Assembly: GCA_963716745.1 (NCBI GenBank) | Contig: OY970320.1 | Coordinates: 2,144,001-2,208,000, forward strand | Direction: 5' to 3' | DNA from: an uncultured Gemmatimonadaceae bacterium | GTDB lineage: Bacteria > Gemmatimonadota > Gemmatimonadetes > Gemmatimonadales > Gemmatimonadaceae | DNA: 64,000 nucleotides | Shown here: positions 1 to 9,583 of the stretch, in pieces | Position numbering within the stretch: position 1 is the first letter of the stretch | Layout of the letters: the number at the start of each line of letters is the position of its first letter | The notes under the pieces: model-generated | What the model was told of the DNA's origin: nothing | The model's input: only the letters and a program-made list of their open reading frames with translations | Database searches by the model: none | Made by a program: the position numbers and the translations under genes

Positions 1-548
1 TTCCAGAGATCCTGCACCTCGGGCGGCGAGAGCACGGCCGTCGGCTCGTCGAGGATCAGGATCTTCGCGCCGCGGAAGAGCGCCTTCAGGATCTCCACGC
101 GCTGCGCTTCGCCTACGCTCAACTCGCTCACACGCCGCTCGGCTTCAACGCGCAGTCCGTAGCGCGCGGCCACGTCTCTCACTTCGGCCACCGCGCGCGC
201 GATGTCGAGTTGCGGGCCGCGGTGCGGCTCGCGGCCCAGCACCACGTTCTCGGCAACCGTGAGCGTGGGCACGAGCATGAAGTGCTGGTGCACCATGCCC
301 ACGCCGGCGGCGATCGCGTCGGACGTGCGCCAGCCGGTCACGTCGCGGCCGTCCACTTTGGCCGTGCCCGCGTCGGGCGCGATGAGCCCGGCGAGGATGC
401 GCATGAGCGTCGATTTCCCGGCGCCGTTCTCTCCTACCAGCGCGTGGATCTCGCCGTGCGCCACCGAGAGCGACGCGCCGGCGTTCGCGCGCACCGCGCC
501 GAAGCGCTTCTCGATGCCGGTGAGTTCGATCGCGAGTGCGTCGTTCAT
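1..548 (-). CDS. Sugar/nucleoside ABC transporter ATP-binding protein (runs off window start)
   Basis: Manual translation from ATG at 548: MNDALAIELTGIEKRFGAVRANAGASLSVAHGEIHALVGENGAGKST (Walker A), MVHQHF Q-loop, LSVGEAQRVEI signature, ILILDEPT Walker B; ATGA overlap with the upstream BMP gene. Confidence 0.9.
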   Translation of the reverse strand, partial: MNDALAIELTGIEKRFGAVRANAGASLSVAHGEIHALVGENGAGKSTLMRILAGLIAPDAGTAKVDGRDVTGWRTSDAIAAGVGMVHQHFMLVPTLTVAENVVLGREPHRGPQLDIARAVAEVRDVAARYGLRVEAERRVSELSVGEAQRVEILKALFRGAKILILDEPTAVLSPPEVQDLW

Positions 549-1584
549 CGCGTGCTCGGCACGATGATCTTCCCCGACGATGATCTCGCGCGCAGCGAAT
601 CGAGTCTCGCCTTCACGCTGTCGGGGATCAGCGCCTTGTTGTGTTCGTCGTAGATCCAGCCGACGCCATTCTCGGCGAGGCCGTACTCGTAGATGCCGCC
701 GTGGAAGGTACCGGCGCGCACGCGGCCGATCTGATCGTAGACCACCGCGTCCACGCCCTTCACCATCGACGTGAGGATGAACCCCGGCGCCTCGCTGTAC
801 TGATCCGCGTCCACACCGATCGCGAGCTTGTGCATCTCGCGCGCCGCTTCGAACACGCCGAGCCCCGTGGAGCCGCTCGCGTGGAAGATGATGTTCACGC
901 CCTGCTCGTACTGGCTGAGCGCGAGCTCCTTGCCTTTGCTCGGATTCCGGAACGCTTCCGGCGTGACGCCCGCGTACTGCACGAGCACCGTGCAGTCGGC
1001 GCAGACGTACTTCACGCCGGCGCGATAGCCGGCTTCGAACTTGTGGATGAGCGGGATGTCCATGCCGCCCACGAAGCCGACTTTCTTCGAGCCGCCCACC
1101 ATCGCCGCGAGCGCGCCCACGAGGAACGATCCCTGCTCCTCGCGGAATTTGAGCGCCGCGAGATTCGGCGGCGGCATGATGACTCTTGCCCGCGGAATCC
1201 ACCGAGAGCGCGTAATCCACGCCGGCGAAGCGCACGTCGGGATATTCCTTCGCGAGCGCATCGAGATCGTCGGTGAAGATGAAGCCGACGCCGATCACGA
1301 GACTCATCCTCTCCGCGGCGAGCAGCCGCAGCCCCGCCTCGCGGTCGGCGCCGTCGCCCGGCTCGATGAAGTGCACGCGCGCGCCGTAGTCGCGCATGGC
1401 CTTCTCGGCGCCCTTGTACGCGCCGTCGTTGAACGACTTGTCGCCGCGGCCGCCGACGTCGAACACCACGCCGATGTCGAGCGCGCCCTTCACCGGCGGC
1501 GCCACCGCGCCGGCGGGGTGGACTGAACGACAATGCCAGATGCGCGACCAGCAGCCCGCCGATCACGAGGAAGATCGTGCGCAT
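545..1584 (-). CDS. BMP family ABC transporter substrate-binding protein (frameshifted)
   Basis: Pieces in several frames: DVGGRGDKSFND, FREEQGSFLVG, KVGFVGGMDIPLIHKFEAGY, AIGVDADQ, TSMVKGVD; typical of the BMP/PnrA family. Confidence 0.85.
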
Positions 1585-1590
1585 CGAGCT

Positions 1591-4482
1591 CTATTGTGTG
1601 CCGATCTTAATGCGTGGCGCGTTCTCGCCGCCGAGGCGCTTGAGTGCCTCGTGTGAAGCTTTGACGTACGGTTGGAAGGCGGAGTCGGCGAACTGCCACG
1701 CCTCGGCAATGTAGAGATAGCTATCCACGGCGACCGCGCGGTCACCCAGGCGCTCGGCCACACGGGCGCGCTCGAAGATGAGCAGTGTGACGAACGTGCT
1801 GTTGTCGACGCCGTTCTTGTCGAGCACGTCCATCGCCTCACGATCGCGGCCCTTCGCCTCCAACAATTGAGCCAGCGTCAGATCGGAGTACCCGCACGAA
1901 TGGCAGATCGAATCCGGAAGCGTCTGCAACAGCCGCAGCGCGTCGACACTGTCCCGGCGTGCGAGTTGCAGGTTGGCCAGGAACAGCTGCCGGTAGAAGG
2001 GCGCGACTTGGCGGAACTCCGGATCCTTCCCCGATCGCGCGTATTCCTCCAACTGTCTTGTCATCTCTAGCAGGAACGTCGTGTCGTTGCGGGAGGCGAA
2101 GAAATCGAGCCAGCAGGGGACGCAGTCATTCTTCGCGATGAGCCGCGCCCTGATCGCGGTGATCGACTCGGCGGGATAGCCGCCCACGAGTGCGTAAACC
2201 GGTCTCTGCCAGCCGTGCGCCCTCGACGTCGCGAACGCCTCGCGCGCACGCCCGCGAACGAGCAGCTGGCTAGCGAGGCGCCGCCGCTCCCGCAGCGTGT
2301 CCGACAGGACGATCCACCCGCTGCGGCGCGACGGGGAGAGGAGGCTCGCCAGCCGTACGCCGGTCTGCGCAGAATCGGGATACCCAAGCATGGCGGCCGC
2401 GCCAAAGGTGAGTACATCGTTGCTCGCCGTGTCGAGCATCCGCATCGTCTCCGCGCTCGTGGCGGTCTTCGGGTCGGTGAGCCGCGCGACGACGCGCATC
2501 GCATCGGCTTCGCGGTCCGTGGGATTCTGCGCGAGGTACGCCTTCAGGTAGCGCTGGCCCGCCTCGAGTCCGCCCAGCCGGAATGCGAGCGCGATCGCAT
2601 GAAGGTATACCGGCGACACCGACGAATCCGCCGCGATCGCCCGGTCGAAGCTCGCCATGATCCTCTCGGGCGGCAGCCCGACCACGGGCCCCCATGCCCA
2701 GTGGAATTGCGCGTCGGCCTTCGCGTACAGAATGCCCGGGTCGCCCGGATAACGCCGGGCGGCAAGGTCCAGCGTTGCGAAGAGCCGCTGGAGCGTGCGC
2801 AGGTCTTGCCTGTCCTGCGCGCCCCACGCGAGTGTCTCGATCGAATCGGCGGCGATGAGCAGACTGTCGCGCGTCGAGAGGCCATGATTGAAGCGCCCGG
2901 CGCGCCGCTGGTAGACGATCGTGACACTGTCCTCTCCGCCGCGCGCCCAGCCGTTCGCCATGGCGACTCCGCGACTGGCGAGCGCAAAGGTGCTGTCGAG
3001 CGCGAGCGCGCGGGCGTAGGCCGCGAGGGCCGAGTCCCACGACGACTGCCGGTAGAACTGCTCCCCCTGCAAGAACGCCTTGAGCGCCGGAAGGGACGTC
3101 GTGCCAATGGACGAGAGGCGCTCCGCGCCCGGGGTCGTGCGGTTGAGCGCGCGCACCAGGCCGAAGGTGATCGAATCGGCGAGGCGGTCCACGCGTGCGC
3201 GCTGGTCCTTCCTCTCGATGCCATCGCCGATCGTCCGCGAGGTCCGCACGTCCACCACGGACACCGACGTGCGCACCGTATCGCCGCCGGCCGTGAGTCC
3301 GCCGTAGACCACATATCGCGCGCCCGTCGCGTTGCCCAGCTCGATGGCGGAATTGCGATCCGCGTGTCCGCTCCATTTGCGGATCACGATGCTCGGCGCC
3401 ACGGTGCGCAGCTGCCCCGCGCCGTCGAGGTTGCGCGAGAGCACGTCCACCATGCCGTCCTTCCACAATTGCATGTCCGCGTCGATCGCGTCGAACGGCG
3501 CGATGGCGAGCAGGTTGTCGTCCAGCGCGGGGCGCGAGCGCCACGTGGCGAACAGCGCGCCGGCGGCGAGCACCAGCGCGGCGGCCGCGCCGATCCAAAT
3601 GCGCTTGCGGCCGCCGCGTAGCGGGCGGTAGCGCGGCGCCGAGCGCATCGCGGAATTCCTCGGCCGTGCGGTAACGCTCGTCGGGCGTCTTCGCGAGCGC
3701 CTTCTGCGATGGCGGTGCTCACGTTGGCGGGCACATCGGGGCGCGCCTTGTTCACCGGTGGCGGCGGCGTGGTGAGATGCGCCGCGAGCATCGCCTGCGC
3801 GCTCGGTGCGCTGAACGGGAGCTGCCCCGCGAGCATCTCGTAGCCGACGATCGCGAGCGCGTAGAGATCGGCGCGCGCATCAATGTGCCGCTCACCGCTC
3901 GCCTGTTCGGGCGCCATGTAAGTGGGCGTGCCCACCGACATGCCGGTGCCGGTCACACGCGGCATGCCCGCGCCGCTGCGGGCCTCGTCGATCGCGCGCG
4001 CGACGCCGAAATCGGCGAGCACCGCGTGGCCATCTTCGAGCAGGATGTTCTCCGGCTTGATGTCGCGGTGGACGATCCCTTTGCGATGCGCGTATCCGAG
4101 CGCATCCGCGACCTCGCGCAGGATCCGCGTCGCCTCGTCCACGGGCATCTTGGGATGTTGCTCGAGATGCTGCCGGAGTGACTCGCCCGTGACGAACGGC
4201 ATCACGTAGTACAGCAGGTCGTCCTTGCGAGCCCGCGGCGAGGATCGGCAGGATGTGCGGATGCTGCAGATGCGCCGCGAGCTCGATCTCCTTCTTGAAG
4301 CGCGCCGCGCTCACGTCGCTCGCCAGCTCGGGCGGGAGCACCTTGATGACGACGCGCCGATTGAGCGATGCCTCCAGGGCCACGAACAGCCGGCTCATCC
4401 CACCGCCCGGGAGTTCGCGCTCCAGGCGGTACGCATCGCCCATCGCGGTCTGCAGGCGGGTCGCTAGAAAGACATCATTCAA
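1591..4482 (-). CDS. Ser/Thr protein kinase with TM segment and C-terminal TPR-like region (frameshifts near 4225 and 3680)
   Basis: GGGMSRLF, VVIKVL, HRDIKPEN, LADFG, GTPTYMAPEQ motifs in ORFs 3892-4626 and 3384-4205; ORF 1591-3648 has a TM helix (IWIGAAAALVLAAGALF), LAIAPF domain and helical repeats; TTG start at 4482 is inferred. Confidence 0.85.
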
Positions 4483-4556
4483 CTTCGGGGGGCCTTGGGA
4501 AGGGACGCAGAAACTTACGATTCGCGCGACTAGCGGTCGAGGGGGGAATCCTAGAT

Positions 4557-4789
4557 GGCGTGAGTATCGAGTCGTGCGTGTTGGACCACTGAAGGCGTGA
4601 GTGCCGAGTCGTGCGTGTTGGACCACTGAAGGCGTGCGTACCGAGTCGTGCGTGTTGGACCACTAAAGGCGTGAGTATCGAGTCGTGAGGGTTCGCACGA
4701 CTCAGTACGCACGCAGTTGGTGGTCGAACACGCACGACTCGGTACTCACGAGGTTGGTGGTCGAACACGCACGACTCGGTACTCACGCC
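4557..4789. repeat. 37-bp tandem repeat array (about 3.5 copies) followed by about 2.5 inverted copies, forming one large palindrome
   Basis: ggcgtgagtaycgagtcgtgcgtgttggaccactgaa starts at 4557, 4594, 4631 and 4668 (partial); reverse-complement copies run to 4789; symmetry centre at about 4691. Confidence 0.95.
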
Positions 4790-4836
4790 GTTGACCCCGC
4801 ATTGACGCCCTCATTCGGATTTCATACCCTCTCCTC

Positions 4837-5535
4837 ATGCGCTACCGCGAACTCAGCAGTGCCGAGATCCTCTCTACCATCGAAACCCTCGAGCGCCGCG
4901 TGGGCGAACGGTTCCCAGATTCCGGACTCCGCAAACTCTGCCTCGAGCTGCAATCGGTCGCGCGCGATGCCCAGCGCCGCGTGGAGACGATCGCCGAACC
5001 CAACCGCCCGCTGCGCATCGGCGTCGGCCTGCTCATTACGGCGGTCCTTGCGATCGTCTTCTCGGCGCTGCTCTCGCTGCACCTGCCCGCCACGGTGAAC
5101 GATTTCGGCAGCTTCGCGCAGGCGCTCAATGCCGGCATCAACGATGTGATCTTCCTCGGCATCGCGATCTTCTTCCTCGTGAGCCTCGAGCGTCGCATCA
5201 AGCGGCGGCGCGCCCTTCGCGCCCTGCACGAGCTGCGCAGCCTCGCGCACATCGTGGACATGCATCAACTCACGAAAGGGCCCGAGCGCGCAAGCATCAC
5301 CGCGGCCGAGGGCGATACGCCCAGCTCGCCCAAGCGCACGCTCACGCCCTTCGAACTCAGCCGCTACCTCGACTATTGCAGCGAGCTGCTCTCCCTCGTG
5401 AGCAAGATCGCCGCGCTCTACGTGCAGCGCTTCGAAGACGAAGTCGTGCTGAGCGCCGTGAACGACCTCGAGTCGCTCACCAGCGGATTATCCAGGAAGA
5501 TCTGGCAGAAGATCATGATCCTGGATGTCACCTGA
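4837..5535 (+). CDS. Hypothetical membrane protein (2 TM)
   Basis: 232-aa ORF with GC3-rich codons and two hydrophobic segments; LHELRSLAHIVDMHQLTK and RYLDYCSE look like conserved blocks. Confidence 0.75.
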   Translation: MRYRELSSAEILSTIETLERRVGERFPDSGLRKLCLELQSVARDAQRRVETIAEPNRPLRIGVGLLITAVLAIVFSALLSLHLPATVNDFGSFAQALNAGINDVIFLGIAIFFLVSLERRIKRRRALRALHELRSLAHIVDMHQLTKGPERASITAAEGDTPSSPKRTLTPFELSRYLDYCSELLSLVSKIAALYVQRFEDEVVLSAVNDLESLTSGLSRKIWQKIMILDVT

Positions 5536-5553
5536 AGCAGGTGTTAGGTACTC

Positions 5554-5601
5554 GGCGCTAGCGGACGCACGCTAGCGCCTAACGCCGAGCGCCTAACGCC
5601 C
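5554..5601. repeat. Heptamer tandem repeat (ctagcgc/ctaacgc/cgagcgc)
   Basis: cgctagcgcctaacgccgagcgcctaacgcc shows 7-bp periodicity. Confidence 0.6.
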
Positions 5602-5622
5602 CTCGCTCGTATCTTCCACCCC

Positions 5623-6288
5623 ATGCCCCTCGCCCAATTCATCGCCGCCGCACTCGTCCTCGGCGCGCTGCACTCGTTCGGCCCCGACCATCTCGCGGCG
5701 GTCAGCGTGTTCGTGAGCCGGCGGCCGGACTGGCGCCACGCGGCCGGCCTCGGCGCGCGCTGGGGAATGGGCCACTCGGCCGCCATCCTGCTTCTGGGCG
5801 GCGCGGTGGTGCTGTCGGGCATTCGCCTGCCCGAGCGGTTCGGCGCGGCCGCCGAGCGCGTGATCGGCGTCGTGTTGATCGCGATCGGGATCTCGGCGAT
5901 GTGGCGCGCGAAGAAACTCCACGCGCATGTGCACACGCACGAAGGCAGCACCCACTGGCACGTGCACTCGCACGCGAGCAGCCCGTCGCATGACCACGGT
6001 CACCGCGCGCTCTTCGGGATCGGCATGCTGCATGGACTCGCGGGCACCGGCGTGCTCGTCGCTGCGCTTCCGCTGGCGATCGAAGGATCGAAGGCGAGCG
6101 GACTGCTCTATCTCGCCGCTTTCGGTGTTGGGACGATCTGCTCGATGGCGCTCTTCGCGGGCGCCGCGGGCCACCTGCTCACCGTCACGTCGGCCGGGCG
6201 CGCGTCCTTCCAGCGCAACGCGCTCGGACTGGCGGGCATCGCGAGCGCCGTCGTGGGCATCTGGTGGCTGGCTTCCGGTGGCAACTAA
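5623..6288 (+). CDS. UreH/HoxN-like nickel/cobalt transporter family membrane protein
   Basis: LHSFGPDHLAA, WGMGHS, His-rich loop HAHVHTHEGSTHWHVHSH, LHGLAGTG; about 6 TM helices. Confidence 0.8.
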   Translation: MPLAQFIAAALVLGALHSFGPDHLAAVSVFVSRRPDWRHAAGLGARWGMGHSAAILLLGGAVVLSGIRLPERFGAAAERVIGVVLIAIGISAMWRAKKLHAHVHTHEGSTHWHVHSHASSPSHDHGHRALFGIGMLHGLAGTGVLVAALPLAIEGSKASGLLYLAAFGVGTICSMALFAGAAGHLLTVTSAGRASFQRNALGLAGIASAVVGIWWLASGGN

Positions 6289-6406
6289 GCGCGAGCCCCC
6301 CGCGACGCCGCCGTGCGACATTTGCGGAGGGCCCACGTGGTGGCGCAATTGCAAGCTGATCTGCAAGCGTTGCGGCGCGATCCTGATGACGTGCGGCGAT
6401 CTCTAA
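6278..6406 (+). CDS. 42-aa Cys-rich zinc-finger-like microprotein
   Basis: GTG start overlapping the upstream gene end: MATKREPPATPPCDICGGPTWWRNCKLICKRCGAILMTCGDL; two CxxCG motifs, 6 Cys. Confidence 0.7.
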   Translation: MATKREPPATPPCDICGGPTWWRNCKLICKRCGAILMTCGDL

Positions 6407-6440
6407 CTACAGACTCAGACTGTAGACTGAGACGTTAGAA
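6404..6440. repeat. Heptamer repeat arm, family A (actacagac...agacgttag)
   Basis: taactacagactcagactgtagactgagacgttagaa begins at the TAA stop of the microprotein; related arms at 19605, 20499, 54509, 55896, 56817. Confidence 0.7.
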
Positions 6441-6522
6441 GCCCGACTCGCGCCTGGCCAGTACCATACGCTCAGGCTGCCAGTACGCGCCCCTTCAGCG
6501 GTACTAAGGCCTACTCCCGCGT

Positions 6523-7606
6523 CTAGTACGTCGACCAGTCGTCGAGCCACACATTACTCAGCGGCACCAACCCTCCGAACTTCCCGAGCGCCTTCGACAC
6601 CGAGCACGAGTTGTACTGGAAGGTCTTGTTGCCGTTTCCGACGCTCCCCACGCCGACGGAGTCCACGTTGGCGCCGCTGCCAAGCTTGTCATCCAACCCG
6701 GTCACGACGGTGCCGGTGACCGTATTGTTGCCGTTCGAGACCAGGTTGTTCCCCACCAGAATGATGCCGTCCCAGTTGACGTTGCCGTTCAGCGTCAGCT
6801 TGCCGGTCACGATCAACGTGCCGTGGCCGCTGCCCGGCAGCGCCAGATCGCCGTTCACGAAGATCACCGGGTAGGCATTCGGGTCGCTGAAGCTGGGCCA
6901 CGCCTGCGAGGGGTACGACACATCCGGAGTGATCGCCGTACCCGCTCGAGATGCCGTTCCAGTCGATCTTCGTCGCGGCCTCGGCCTGCGACTGCGTGCC
7001 AAGGCTCAGGATCGGCGGACTGCCGGTCGGCACCGACGCGCCGCCGTTCTGCGTGTAGCCGGGGTTGGTCGGGTACCGCGACGCCAGCGACGGACGGCGC
7101 CGCCGCACGCGTCCACGCCGCTCAGCACGCCCGAGCCGCCGTTCTTGTGCAGGCCGCTCAGACTGGTCCACGCCGCACCCGTGCCGATCGTCGCGCTCTT
7201 CCATAGCGCGTACTCGGCAACGCTGCCGCTCGGCCGACACCATGCCGGACACGAACTTCTGCGTGCGCACGCCGTGCGACCGGATGACGTAGATGGGCGA
7301 CGAGTTGCCCACCGCCGGGCGCACCTGCGTGAGCACCACGTCCGCGTAGCCATGCGCGAACACGACGCGCGTCGACTCGCTCGCCGCCGGCACGCCCGAG
7401 AACCCGTAAGTAGTGCGGCCCGTGAGGAATCGCTCGAGCCCGCTCTCGGCGATCGCCGTCGCATCCGTCGCCGAACGCGAGTCGTCCGTCACCTTGCGCT
7501 CCGTGGAGATGAGCGTGAATGCGCCGGTGAGCATGACGAGCAACACGATGCTGACGAGCATCGCCATCGGGATCGTGAATCCGGGTCGCTGCTGGAGACG
7601 CGGCAT
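6523..7606 (-). CDS. PilX-like minor pilin / pilus assembly protein (frameshifted)
   Basis: MPRLQQRPGFTIPMAMLVSIVLL (G|F cleavage site, no Glu+5, as in PilX/GspK), AIAESGLE, and C-terminal beta-repeat NGDLAL/GTLIVTGKL/GIILVG; pieces in several frames. Confidence 0.75.
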
Positions 7607-7620
7607 GGAGTACTCTGGGG

Positions 7621-8467
7621 TTAGTTGAGGCGGTTGCGGAAGAAGACTGCGGTGTTGACCGTGGTCGTGATCGGACCGCTCGACCCGACCGGCGTATTGA
7701 TGCTGCGCGCGGCGAGCACGAACTCGAACCCGCGAATGTTGGAAAGAGGCGACGGCACGGCCACCTGGGACGTGTCGCGATTCAGCACGAAGAACTTGAA
7801 GGCGGCGCTGCTCGTGAACGGGCTCACCAATTCGTCGGTGGCGCCCGTGCTCACGACTGTGCGCCAGAGGCCGATCGCGCCCGGCACGGCCGTGGACGCC
7901 TTGAACTCGTACGTGAGCTGCTCCTCGAAGAACATGAAGGAACCGACTACCGCGCCCGCCGGCATCGCCGGCGTGACCGCGATCACCTTGCCCTTCGTCA
8001 TCGTGGTGATGCTGTTGGTCGTGCACACCGACGCAGTGCCGCTGGCCACAGTGACGCCGGTCTCTTGGTATGTGTACACGCCGAGCGTATCGCGCCACGC
8101 GTAGCCCTTGAGGCCCGCGTTGGCCCACTCAGTAGAGTCCACTGGGGCGACACTCACCGTAGTCACGCCACCACTCGTGCCGCATACCACGCCCACCGCG
8201 TACGGCGACCGTACGGTCAGCTGCGGTGGAAGAGGCCGAGACCACACCGTTCGTGGCTTCCACCATGCGCAGATCGGAGTCGATCATGTTCATCGCGCTG
8301 CGCGTCACGCTGCGCGTGCCGCGTTGCGCGGCCGCCTTCTGGAAGAGATGCGCCTGCGTCACCAGGAGCCGTGTCATCGCGGCGCCAAGGATGGCGATGA
8401 TGATGACCGCGATGATCATCTCGGCCATTGTGAATCCGCGGCGCGCGGCCAGGCGCATGGTCTTCAT
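7621..8467 (-). CDS. PilW-like prepilin-type N-terminal methylation domain protein (frameshift near 8225)
   Basis: MKTMRLAARRGFTMAEMIIAVIIIAIL; continues in ORF 7621-8247 ending TAVFFRNRLN. Confidence 0.8.
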
Positions 8468-8889
8468 TGTGTGTTGAACGGGTTGACGCCCGACGCCGAC
8501 GTGCGCTGGACGATCACCGTGTCGGGACGCGCCGTCGTGCCCGTGAGCGTCCGGATGATCGTCACCTGCTTCACGCCGGAACTCGGCGTCGTGACCGTCG
8601 CGCACGCCTTGTTCGGCGTGGGTCCGGTGGTCACCGTCACGCATCCGGCGTGCGCGTCGAGCGAGTCGTAGTTGAGCGCCACGAAGCGATTCACCTGACG
8701 CAGCATGGTCGCGTTCCCGTACGAGAGGCGCGCGACATCCAGCGTGCGGCGCATCACGTTGTAATCGAGGCGCGCGACCGAGATGATCGCGATGGAGATG
8801 AGCGTCATCCCGACGAGCGTCTCGACGAGCGAGAACCCGCGGCGGTTTGGCCGCCGCGCGGAGCGGGTACCTGCGCGGAGTGTCATCAT
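8464..8889 (-). CDS. PilV-like prepilin-type protein
   Basis: RRGFSLVETLVGMTLISIAI type IV pilin N-terminus; 4-nt overlaps with both neighbours. Confidence 0.85.
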   Translation of the reverse strand: MMTLRAGTRSARRPNRRGFSLVETLVGMTLISIAIISVARLDYNVMRRTLDVARLSYGNATMLRQVNRFVALNYDSLDAHAGCVTVTTGPTPNKACATVTTPSSGVKQVTIIRTLTGTTARPDTVIVQRTSASGVNPFNTQ

Positions 8890-9329
8890 GGGACCAGCCG
8901 CACCTGGGCGGCCCGGCTCATTGTGATCTGGCGGTTGTAACCGCCCAGCCCGAACGTGATCGTCACGGCCTGCGAGACCGTGCCATTCGGGAAAAGGTCG
9001 AATTGGTTTACGGAGCCGCTGAGCGTCGTGAGGTGGTATTCCGACGTCAGTCCGAAGAGCTTCTTGGAGAGCTGCGTGCCGGCGGCGCGGTCGGTGACCG
9101 TGAGCGTGAACAGCGTCGGGTCGATCGTCACCCGCACCGGCTTGCGCTCCCGGTCGGCGAGCGAGGATGCCATCTCCAGGTCGCCCGAGATCACGGATGA
9201 GGCGGCCATGACGCGCGAGTGATTCACCTGCCGCGTGAATTGCGGGAAAGCCATCAGGCCAGCGATCGCCGAAATGACGATCACTACCATTAGCTCTATC
9301 AGTGTGAATCCCGCTCGGGTCGTGCGCAT
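8886..9329 (-). CDS. FimT/GspH-like minor pilin
   Basis: MRTTRAGFTLIELMVVIVISAIAG; C-terminal FPNG...ITMSRAAQVR; RBS ggaggg upstream. Confidence 0.88.
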   Translation of the reverse strand: MRTTRAGFTLIELMVVIVISAIAGLMAFPQFTRQVNHSRVMAASSVISGDLEMASSLADRERKPVRVTIDPTLFTLTVTDRAAGTQLSKKLFGLTSEYHLTTLSGSVNQFDLFPNGTVSQAVTITFGLGGYNRQITMSRAAQVRLVP

Positions 9330-9352
9330 AAAAAAATCCCTCCGGATCTCCG

Positions 9353-9443
9353 TTCGGTGGCTCGACCGGCCTGGCGACCTTTCGATCGCGTTAGCCTCGT
9401 AGCTTTGCGTCCCCGACTTTCGGCGGGTTTGCCTTTTTCCCGG
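9353..9443 (-). ncRNA. c-di-GMP-I (GEMM) riboswitch
   Basis: Minus strand reads cgggaaaaaGGCAAAcccgccGAAAgtcgggGACGCAAAGctacgaggCTAAcgcg...ccggtcgagccACCG. It has the P2 GAAA tetraloop, GACGCAAAG junction and P3 receptor, and ends about 25 nt upstream of the pilin start. Confidence 0.9.
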
Positions 9444-9583
9444 GCCCAGAGGGCCTTCGTCTATTCTGCATCTATAACTACGGACACAATCTCTGCACCT
9501 ATGACGAGCCTAAGCAAGTGCGGCAACGCCGAGCGCGTGATAGTAACGGCCGCAGGAATGACGCGCTCGTTTCCGGACCTGGA

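Noticed and set aside
4557..4789. CRISPR array (37-bp repeats)
   Set aside because: Repeats are head-to-tail with no unique spacers, they invert mid-array, and there are no cas genes in the window.
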